Below are positions 51,187-61,555 of a DNA stretch of 64,000 nt, piece by piece. The number at the start of each line of letters is the position of its first letter. Positions within the stretch are counted from its first letter, which is position 1. The position numbers and the translations under genes were made by a program. This stretch comes from Takakia lepidozioides (Eukaryota; Plantae; Bryophyta): the NCBI GenBank assembly GCA_030704615.1, contig CM060734.1, forward strand, positions 558,001-622,000. The letters run 5' to 3'. A model generated the notes under the pieces. It had not been told where the DNA came from, searched no databases, and was given only the letters and a program-made list of their open reading frames with translations.

Positions 51187-52098
51187 AGGGGGCCCGCCAG
51201 AGGAGCCCGCCCTGCCCAAATCCGGCGAATGTACCTCAGATCGCACACGTCTTATATTATTCCTATTGTTTCCAAAATAATTGGCTTCTGCGTTATTATA
51301 ATTTGTTTAAAAAAAAATGGTAATTCTTAAAAACGGGTAAACTTTCAACCACGGTGAGCCTGTAGGGGTGACCTTGGATGGATGAAGTAAGTTTTTATTT
51401 TTTCTATAAATTGTCCTTTAAAAAATTAAAAATAAAGAGCGTATAGTTAATTTTAATTTTAATTTTAATTTTTTGTCATTTTAAAAGAGAAGGGCATACG
51501 TATAATTTTCTGAGCCGTGGGATGACCAATTGTACCCTTTAAAAAAAAAACAAAAAACAAATTGTACAGATCTACAGGTCTAGATTTTAGAAATTATTGG
51601 GAGAGCCGGGTTTGAATGGGAACGTGGTCGCCGTACTTGGCTGGGAGCGACCGGTGAATGCGGTTATTTGGATAACACGACCGGTGATGACCGGTAGCAG
51701 GAGCTTCATCTCTCTCCTCCTTCCTGTTGTGTCTGTGGAAGGATGCTTCACCGTTCGAGTCCTTGGTCGTGATTCTCGAAGGCCCTGCCTCTGTTGTGCA
51801 GAGAATTTGGGTGGATCTGAAGCGTTTCGAGGGTTTGTTTGTCTCAAGAAAGTTTCTTTTCCTTTGGCACGCATCGTAGGCTCATCGTTTCATCTCCTCG
51901 CTTGAGGCATCGTCATACTTGAGGCAGGCAACGTTTCTCTCCAGGTCTTTGGCTCGTTTCTGATATTCGTTGACCTGTACGCCTTTGTTCCTCGATAGAG
52001 AATCATACATTGGTATGGCGACCTGCTTATGTGTTCTCCTGCCACAGGGTTCACCATCTCTAGTAGTCCCACACCCGGGTCTTGTGCCTCCATCCACG

Positions 52099-52650
52099 AT
52101 GAGTGCACAAGGGTGGCAATTGTCTGCTGCCATTGCTCCACCTCACGTCTCCTGCAGTTCCAGGATGTGTTCTCCCTCTGTCTCCTGCTCTCAGGTTTCA
52201 TGTTTCCCTCGAAGCCCGGCCGCACAAAGGTGCAGCCTGTTCCAAAGCGCATTGCCAACGCAGATATCCGTGGCTCTCTCGGCATCCCCACTAGGAAATT
52301 TGTTCCCTTTGACAAAAAAAGCTGCTGTCAGGAGGGGGGAACGCCACGTCGTATGTGAAGTTGCTGCAGAGGTGGTCGGAGGTGCTCTATCCAGTGAAGG
52401 AGGAGAGCAGAAACTCGGGGTCGGTAGCAGAGTACGAGTGAAGGGTCCAGTGAAGGTTTTTCACATACCAAAGGTTCCAGAGTTTGAGCTTGATGGATTG
52501 GAAGGCGAAGTTAAGGATGTTCTAGGTACATGGAAGGGAAAGCCGGTGTCGGCCACTCTGCCTTACAAAGTGCAGTTTGACACAGAGATTGAGGGGCGGA
52601 AGGTTAAGTTCGTTGCTCATTTGAAAGACAACGAGTTTGAGGTTGTTTGA
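52099..52650 (+). CDS. FTRA: Ferredoxin-thioredoxin reductase variable chain, chloroplast precursor (alternative ATG at 52015)
   Basis: Ser/Ala-rich transit peptide, then VGSRVRVKGPVKVFHIPK..GLEGEVKDVLGTWKGKPVSATLPYKVQF..FVAHLKDNEFE. Intronless and intact. Confidence 0.93.
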   Translation: MSAQGWQLSAAIAPPHVSCSSRMCSPSVSCSQVSCFPRSPAAQRCSLFQSALPTQISVALSASPLGNLFPLTKKAAVRRGERHVVCEVAAEVVGGALSSEGGEQKLGVGSRVRVKGPVKVFHIPKVPEFELDGLEGEVKDVLGTWKGKPVSATLPYKVQFDTEIEGRKVKFVAHLKDNEFEVV

Positions 52651-54453
52651 AGTTGTTATGGGGTTGCAGTGGCGTGCACACGGAGGTGACCACTCCGGTG
52701 TTTTAGCAGGTATCCCAGGTCTGTGTTCTTTGTTGAATGAGCTATAGTAGGACCACCTTCATGTAAGCTAGCAATTGTTGTATGGCCTTGATACGATGAC
52801 ATGGGAGGCGATGCAGGAAATTGGATTGGACGCCGAACTTCGTCGAACTGTGGCTTGATTCGACCACAGGGAGAAGTTTTTGAAAGAGGGTTCTTGCCCA
52901 GTGCAGACTGACTGAGTCACCTATGGAGGGGGAGCATTTTGGATAAGTAGATCACCAAGAGCTTTGTAATGTTTAATTAAACTGGTTGGACTGTTGGATT
53001 CAGGCTGCATCAGGTTGCAATCCCCCTTCTGTTCATGTAGGTCAGCCACTTGGTCCAGGATAGATAGGTAAAGTTCCAAGCAAAGAGCTATTGGCTGTGT
53101 ATTGCTGTCAAGAATACGAGAAAATGGCAGATTGCTTGAAAAGGGGGACTACAGCTACAAATGCCAACATGGCTTCTGTCCCAAAGCTAGGTCAGGAGCT
53201 ATTCCTGCAGAGCCTCAGGGTAGATACAGGTCTCCACAAATTTCCACCTCAGAACATTGGAACACTTTCTCTCCTTTAGTGGGAACCTTACTATGAGTTC
53301 AAAAAAGTTGCGATGTTCATTTCCTTTCTGGGTAACTTCCAGACCCAGCCATGGCAACTCCTAAGCTTAATTGCATCTATGAAGACAAACAACAACATCA
53401 TCCACATGAATTCCATGGTTTATATCTATCCTGTTAGAAGATAATGCATGCAAGCTGCATTCTGTAGACCAAGATTGACTGCATTCACTGATAATGACTG
53501 CATGCAGCCCGTAACCCACCTTCCAACCTGTGTTGGGAACGATTGTAACATGAAGAACCAAAAGATCCTTCCAGCCAACCAGTGAGGAAACCCTGCACTA
53601 CATATCAGGTCCCAATGTTCTGCAGGATTGGAAAATGATGCTCTTCCACATTTCCTGACAATCCATAATCAATGACTGTACTAGCAGCTCATATAATGGT
53701 CAACTAGTTTGAAAGACATTTTGAAAAGGGACATTGTGACCTGTTGATTGTAGTAGCAGGCCTCACATGGTAGGTGGTGGTTGTGCACAGGTGTCGATGC
53801 AATTTAGTAGAGCAGGGCATATTTGGCTCTACGGATTTTCTTCCCGTGTGCGTGGAAAGTTTTTCATGTCAGATGCTTATGAGGATCATTTCAACCTTCC
53901 CAAGAGCCCGGACTCTAATGATCACTCACCCTCGTGTAATCTTGCTTCAAGTGCGTTGCTGGGTCTGGTGAATTTATGTTCTTTTCTGGCTTAGTTCTAC
54001 CCACTACCTCTTGTTTTTGTTGACAACTATGTGGAAATTCAGGGTCACACCATTGTAAAGAGCCTTCCAGAAATCATGTATCAAGAGAGAATCGTCTGTA
54101 CTAACTGATGAATGAGGCCATGCCCATTTCCTTGCACGGACGAGGGATAAATACATTGGCGACAACATTGGTTTCAACTACAGGAGTGTGTTATAAACAA
54201 GAGGTGCCATTGTGAAGGTTCTATGATGTAACTGGATACAGCCACATCGCAATAACTGGGTGTCTCATATATTAGAGGATGTTCTTGCGATTACGAGATA
54301 CTTGGAACAACTTCTGCCCCAAGTTACACAAGTTGAATAACAACATAACAACTTCAAACCTGAAATGAAAAGCTACCTGAAAAGCTACTAACTGGTGATC
54401 GGACACCAGATGTTTTTAGATGAATATACTACAGCTACTTGAGAATACATTAG

Positions 54454-56477
54454 CTACCTTCTGGGGGGCAATAATTCTGATAGCAACTTGAGAAGTGCGG
54501 GTGTTCCAAGAACACTGATCTCCAAACGCTCTGTAGTCGTGGCTCGTAAAAACAGTGCAATTGCAAACTGAGTGAGCTGCACCAGACAGCCACAAAACCC
54601 TTTATCAGTAACGGCATGAAGTGGAAATGATTCGGCATGAAACATATCCACCAAGTTACACATTCATTTTTGTTGGCATCTATATGGAATAGAAGCTGTA
54701 CAAGAGATTTACTAATATTTGCAGAGGATGAATTTTTTTAAAATATACTAGTTAGGATAATCCTTCCTGGTGGGGTTGCACCAGCATCTTGGAACTCCCA
54801 TAATTCTAGATTACATTTGCAGTTGACTGTAAAACAGCGCGGGCCGTCATCACTCTGTGCTCTATTCATCAACCAACCAACTGTCACCCATGACTAAGAG
54901 AGAGATGCGCACACTTTGTCGAAACTCCATACTATGGACATAGCTTTTGCAACATAAGGGGGATTTACCTCCGTAAGATAGAGGCGCGAGGACAAGAAGC
55001 CCTGCCAATAGTGAGGCTCCAGATCAAAGAAAGCGTGAAAGAATGTCTTGTTACAGCCAAGTCGAGCTGCAGCCACCACAAACCGGGGCTACTGTCATGC
55101 AGATTGTACTGATGACCAGCAAGTAGATGTATTAGATTGATATTGAATTGCCCCCTCAACAGGCAAGACCTCCGAACATGCAAGGACCATACCTTCAGAA
55201 GAATGTCCATGCCAAAACAGAAGAATGCGCGCTGCTGTTGTCTCTCCAGTGGCCACAAAGCTGCCCAGACGCCTGCAGCTAGTCTCCTTTTGGTGGAGAA
55301 GAGAACATCTCCAATGGCTCCTCCAATCTGCTGGATGAGGTATGCAATGCCCTTGAACTTGAGCTAATAGAGCTGCCAGCGGCGTAAGGGCAAGAGGACC
55401 CACCCAGTTGCCGAACAACAGCATCTGCCAGTATGGGTGCTGCTGCTAATGTTCTTGCCACCATGTACCCTGTCACGCAATTATCCCCAGTGTTTAACAA
55501 CAGTTCTCTGAAGCAGATATTGGCAACGTAGGGAGGCAGAAGAGCTGAGGATGTACTCATCAGTGCCATGCTTTGTCATTCAGATCGGAAGTGCCGTAGC
55601 TCTCCCACAGCCAGCAACATGTTCATTTGCATCTAGGGTGAACTATTGGATTCTATGCAAGCCGCAGACATTCAGAATGAAGCTGGGCAGTACTCAAGAG
55701 TATAAAGGGACTTATGAAAGAGGACAGGGCATTTAGTACCCGTCGAGGGATGGACCATGCCGGCAGTCCCGCCAATGCCTAACACTCTTTGAGGGAGGAC
55801 TGGGAGTGGTAGCCCATTGGAATGACACATGTTCTGAACAGATTACGGCACCGAAAAGTCCCCATTAGTATTATCCTTGACCTTTTCATTTACATATCTC
55901 GCCTTGGCTTCCATCAACCAGTACCTTGCCATTCATAATTTTTGAGCATTTCATTGTAGCATCTACACCCAAAATTTAAAGATGCGCTACGAACTGTATA
56001 GAAAGAAAGCAAATAAACTAAGTTTCTCACACAAGCCTCCAAATAGTTTCTCATTTCTTTACTATGCCAAGGTAGATGTATGATGACGAGTGCATCCAAA
56101 GGGTGTCAAGGAGCTCCTAACCAGTGTTGGGCCGGTATATGGGGGCACAAGCCTCCAAATAGTTTCTCATTTCTTTACTATGCCAAGTAGATGTATGATG
56201 GCGAGTGCATCCAAAGGGTGTCAAGGAGCTCCTAACCAGTGTTGGGCCGGTATATGGGGGCACAAGCCTCCAAATAGTTTCTCATTTCTTTACTATGCCA
56301 AGTAGATGTATGATGACGAGTGCATCCAAAGGGCGTCAAGGCTTCCAGGAATATTGAGAGCTCAGGTTACCTCTCACCAACCACCCCCACAATTCTGGGT
56401 CAGCAGGTGTTAAACATCTGAAGGCAGTACGCTGGAAATACGTACTCATCTTCTTCAATGCTACGCACGTTGATTCC
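54454..56477 (-). pseudogene. LCYB: Lycopene beta-cyclase, 3' half; exons 56477-56446, 55833-55740, 55469-55193, 55066-54969, 54576-54454 (pseudogene or assembly errors)
   Basis: GINVRSIEEDE|TCVIPMG..LPQRVLGIGGTAGMVHPSTG|YMVARTLAAAP..LWPLERQQQRAFFCFGMDILLK|LDL..FFDLEPHYWQGFLSSRL. GT-AG introns. Three 1-nt deletions (about 55812, 55281, 55046). 5' exons not found in the window. Confidence 0.88.
56030..56341. repeat. About 2.7 near-identical copies of a 115-116-bp tandem repeat in an LCYB intron
   Basis: Units start at 56030, 56146 and 56261 (CACAAGCCTCCAAATAG...). Confidence 0.92.
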
Positions 56478-56950
56478 AGTGTTGGACTGGTATACCTGGT
56501 TTAACCTAGGTATGGAATACAGGTATGAATATATATATTGAAGAACATACCAGTCGGGTATGAAAGAACCAGTGTACCGCGGTGAGTTCATGGCGAATGG
56601 AGGTAGGTATGAGTATATGTTAGTGCAGCTAGTTATACCCTGCACTACAATTTGGTTTATTCAATCCATGTTGCAATTTAGACTTCATTTGCTGTTTCGT
56701 GCTACTTTGGGTTACCTTTGCCTAGTGTTTCACGGCTTGGATTAAAATTAGCTATGTGCTAAATGACATTTATTTCTATGTATGGTGAGCTGTAGAAATA
56801 CCATACCAGTGCTCATACCCACAGTATCACTACAGAGAAAGGGCAATACTAGTACCATACTCATATACAGCCCAAAGTACAACTACTCATACCAGATTCA
56901 TACCCAAGTTGCTCATACCTGTATAGATACCTCTACCAGCCTACTCATGT
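56477..56950. mobile_element. Possible non-autonomous hAT-like element abutting the LCYB exon
   Basis: Starts CAGTGTTGG. GGTATGA motifs in the left half and TCATACC motifs in the right half. Right TIR decayed; no TSD found. Confidence 0.4.
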
Positions 56951-58048
56951 TCGTCGCGATTGGCTGGAACTGCCAGCCCGGCGGTTTCCAGCCGGTCATC
57001 CCACGATCTGCGGGGCTTCAATTTGAATTATTTTTTATAATCGTGGCCAATGGCGCCGCAACGAGTGCGCGTAGGGCCCACATTTTTCAAAGATGCATGG
57101 AATGTCGTGGACCCAGATCTGCCGTATTCAGTCCACTCATTCTTGCATCTACATACAAAGATATTGGAGCCCCATTGACAAAGAATACCTGCTCCATTAT
57201 GCAGTGGATTCACAACCCATGAATGGTTGTCAACAATCCTGACTGCAACGAAGAATTCCAGTTACCACAAAGAAAACCAACACATGTTAAGGAGTTGTCA
57301 TCAAAGACACTAAAACCCAAGCGGCCTGAAGCTACGAAGTCCAGTGACATTGTCGTGCGCATACATATTGCTACACAACTACATCGTTGTCCAAAACCAC
57401 ACAACACATGTGCACACCACACACTAGTATACCACTAGTCCACCACTAGGCTACAACTAGTCAGTCACTAGGCTGCCACTATGCTGCCCACTATGGCAGT
57501 CACTAGTCCACACAATCGCCCCCCTAGTTGGTGCTTAGGTCCCTCTAAGTCCAGGTAGCCACAAGATGTGATAGTGACCATAGCCTCACTAAGTCCTCCA
57601 CCACTGTTCCTACTACACTCAAACTCGATAGATCAAGTGGCCGGGTGCAAGAGTTGCCCCATCGTTAGTTGCCGTCTTGCAACCTGTGAACGTGAGCCTG
57701 GGATCTCGTGTATTGACTCCTATGAGCTTAGCTTCCCATGTCTTGTTAGCTGCCTCTAGTCATATCCACTGCCACTATCCCAAGCAATGTGGACACAACC
57801 AATCTCCATCAGGAATCTTCTCCAGAGGTGGTGTCAAGCATCCCATGTGTCAGCCTCTTGAGCATCGATCACACACCAGCATGGTGGCTGCCTCTTTGGT
57901 AGACTCACAGAGCATGCACCTCAAACCTGCAAGTACCATTGCCAAGTTTGGGTCAACTCTGCCATTGACATTGGGAAGGTGACATGGCGCACAATTACGC
58001 ACATGGTCCTTCCAAGTCACGTCATCCCGACCCTCCAAGATCAGAACC

Positions 58049-58752
58049 TGTCCCGGACCTTCGCCTTGAGGGCAGGGGGTTGGGACACAAAAGGGGCTGC
58101 CTCTGTGGTGGGGGCAGTAACAACAATAAATACGGAGGCTGAAGCACCCTTGAGTGCCCAAGGCACTCAAGGAGGCGGAGGCGCTCACTAGGTGGAACCC
58201 CGCACATCGGGTTGCGGTGGGGGTGGTTCCACGAGGAGTGGTGGTAGCTTAGTGGGACTTAGTGGGGGTGGCATAGGACTCACCATGGGGCGGAGATCTT
58301 GTGGTGGGAGTCGTGGGGAGTCTTGGGACTCATCACGGTCCATTGGGGCCGTGGTGGGTGGGCCAAGACTCACCGCGACTCACCACCGGGAATGGTGGGT
58401 CTTCGTGGTGGTTCGCCATTAAAGGATGGTGTTGTTTGTGAAACCCCCGCGGACAGTCACAAAAGTATATATAGGGAATAGTAACCCCGAGAACGGTGCA
58501 AGCCCGTTGGTGACAAAAAACTAGTGAGTAAGCGTGCGAGCCGGAAAGCGACCAAGGTGTGGGGAGCTATTCCGGACTGCCAACAACCAAAGGGAATTTC
58601 CACTAGGCCCAGATTGAGAGAGGGTCTTGTGGAGGAGCAAAGGGGGACCGTTATGTTCCGGTGAGCAGCCGAAGCTCCGAGTTGGCCCGGCGGCCAGTTT
58701 GGGAGTTAGGTGCGCGCATCAAAGCGAATAACTATGAGTTAGGTGCGCGACA
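58049..58752. mobile_element. 704-bp TGTC...GACA element (solo-LTR-like) inserted in the copy 3 integrase tail
   Basis: 5-bp TSD GAACC/GGACC (one mismatch) at 58044-58048 and 58753-58757. The flanks rejoin the copy 2 sequence. Confidence 0.85.
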
Positions 58753-60659
58753 GGACCCCTGAGGGCAACACCTCTCGAACCCTCAGAATAACACGCCCTG
58801 CAATAATATCCAGGGTTGTAGGAGCAGTCTGCTGCAAATAAACATAGTCACCAGGGCTAAACCTCCGAACCCCATGACGATATCCTCCACCACGTATAGT
58901 GACATACCTCAACGTATCACAGTGTTGTGTAATGGCAAGGTTCTCAAAAGCCATGGGCATAACTTTCTTAAACAACTCTGCACGCTGATCACATGCACAT
59001 ACCCACACGTCTGGATCATCAAGGTTAAGGACTTGAGCAGTGTCCCCACGAATGGCTACAGGAAAATCTAGCTCTCGGCTAAAGAGAAGGAAATATGGTG
59101 AGAATGAGGCAAGTGATGCTTGCTTGCTAAACCTGTAGCCCATGGCTAACCAAGGTTCCTGAAGATCCCAATCTCCTAGGTGTCCCTTCTGCAAGCCATA
59201 CTTGTGCAAACCCCTCTTCACCGTATGAACAACTCTCTCTGCGAAGCCATTAGCCTCATGATGATCCCGAGAAGTGGTGCGGTGGTCTCTCAAGGCTTTA
59301 TCACGCAAAGTCTAAAACTCCCCCAAGAACTCTCTTCCTTGGTCCGTGAGTACCTCAGCTAGAGCACCGAATCGGCTAAGCACACGATCCAAGAATGCAT
59401 ACGCAGCCCCCTCACTAGCCTTATCAGGCAATGGAACCAACTCAATCCACTTGGAGAAGTGCTCCACCATCACCAACACATATCTGTGGTCAAGACTCCA
59501 CATGTAGCCCAATCCCATGATCGGAAAGGGATGCAACTGGGGTGTAGGGGCGTTGAATAAAGCACGCACCCTGTCACACACCATGCACCTAGCCACGAAC
59601 CGTTGCACCTCTGTGTGCATACCACGCCACCAATACTGCCCCTACAGTAAACTGTGAGTGCGTCACACTCCAAAATGCCCCAACTCCTCATGGGCATGCC
59701 GCACTAACTGTGCACGCTGTGTTGGGTGAGGCACAATCCTCACCCGACCATCCTTCCACACTCGGAGCAGGTGTATCCCCTCCTACTTGAACCTCTTGGC
59801 TCGTTACAAGATCCGATCCCTCTCCTTGGCAGTCACAGTGGCTGTCGTGTCTCCAGTACGGAAATAGTCCAACACAGCCGAATCCATATGTATATCTCTG
59901 GCACCACCTGGCTCATCACTAGCCTCAGGGTCCTCAGACACTCCGTCTACAGTCATCCCTGTTGTAGGTCCAACCTGACCTCCCGATGCCAAGATACACA
60001 AAAAGGCAGATGCATGCTATCCCAACACCATCTCCTCGTCCGTCTCACCATGCCACCGAGCTTCAGTGTCATCCTGCTGGCTCATGCATGGATTGCGACT
60101 CAATCCATCCGCATCCCGATTGACCAAACCCGGTCGATGCACCACCTGAACATGTCTCTCATGCTCCTCCACCGTAGCACGAGAGACAAAGCAATTCCTG
60201 TAAGCCCTCCGGAACTGCCATATACGTCGTCTCTCTCCTCCGATGACAATGGGTCCAATGTCAGGCTCCCAATTGTCCTCCGTAACTGCAACCTTAAGTC
60301 CAGCAGACTTAGAGGTAGGAGACGCGTCCCGTGGTTGTTATGCTGCAACCTCTTGAGCAGTGCCCATTGCCTGCTCTGTCAATCGCAAGGCCTCATCCTG
60401 CCCCATCATCTCATCCTTAAGGACCTCTTCAACCCGAGAAGAATCACCAACCTCATCCATCACCGCCGCCTTGGCTGCCAACTCCATCTGAACCTCGAGC
60501 ACCTCCCACGTGTGCCATGGATGTCTGCACCCCGTGGTCCTCACCTGCTCGCCCTCACTCACTGCCTGTACCGTCTTGGTAGGCAGAGATACCATCAAGG
60601 GAAGTGCACTCCGCACTCTACGTTGCTCAACCATAGCCAAGCTGATAATCCAGGTCAAG

Positions 60660-61555
60660 CAATTGAGATCCATCGCTTGCCCCAACACGACGTGATGCCT
60701 CAGAAAGAGAAGGCACCGCCGTGGTCCCACTGAAAAAACCCATCGCCCGCTCACGCTCGTCAGCATTAGGTTCCACTAACTGTTGCAACTGAGCATCCCA
60801 CAGGAGGCCAGGTCCACTATCCCGGAAAGCATGCGATCTTGGGAAGCTGAGCAGTGTAGGTAGTCTGCACGTGGTTGACCCACCTTGTTGACCACTGCCA
60901 AAGGCGAACGGTCATCGTGTCTCACACGCTGAGACTGCCTCCCTGTGTCCAAAATGCTATCCACTATGAGGTGTGCTGGTCGCTGCACCCCATCAAATGC
61001 ATGCTTAAGTAGTGCGGGTGGCATCAAGTTAGTCCACCATAGTTGTGGACGATGAGTCCGTGACCCCACTGCAGCTGCATCTAGCAACACTGCTGACCCA
61101 AGCCACGACCGGACTTGATGCACACTGGCCATCACCTTGGCCCGAGAATCGCCCATCACTGGCACGTTTTCCAAGATGTATGCTGGAGATAGCTTGATGA
61201 AGCTGGTGCAAAACTCGCACCATCTCCCAAAACAGACCCAACCTCGAGTCTTGCAATCCATTGCCATGCCCGGCTGATGAATGCCCTTGGCAAGGCCAAC
61301 CTGCCACTACCAAATCAATGGAGACAACCCGCTCCAAATCATGCGCCCCCAACAAAGAAATGTTTGCTGACAAGGCCTGCTGATAGCCATGAACTGCAGA
61401 CACCGACAACAACTCAGGATACTATTGCACCAACTGAGCAACATGGCGTAGGGAGACGCGTCGTGCAGTCTCATCCCTCTCCACATACAGGTAACGCCAA
61501 ACTCGTACACCTGCCTCTAGCACAGCAGCTAATCCGATGCTGATCCCGCCCTTCA
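60660..61555 (-). pseudogene. DNMT3-like methyltransferase domain of copy 3
   Basis: YVERD, AGWPCQG, YILENV, HRPQLWWTNL, ERAMGF, GQAMDLN. Motif I partly deleted; one stop and frameshifts. Confidence 0.88.

Noticed and set aside
52900-54440. An additional gene between FTR and LCYB
   Set aside because: Only short ORFs without recognisable homology; it could be UTR or decayed sequence.
59726-60733. 335-aa plus-strand ORF
   Set aside because: Antisense shadow of the copy 3 pol; it crosses deletion junctions.
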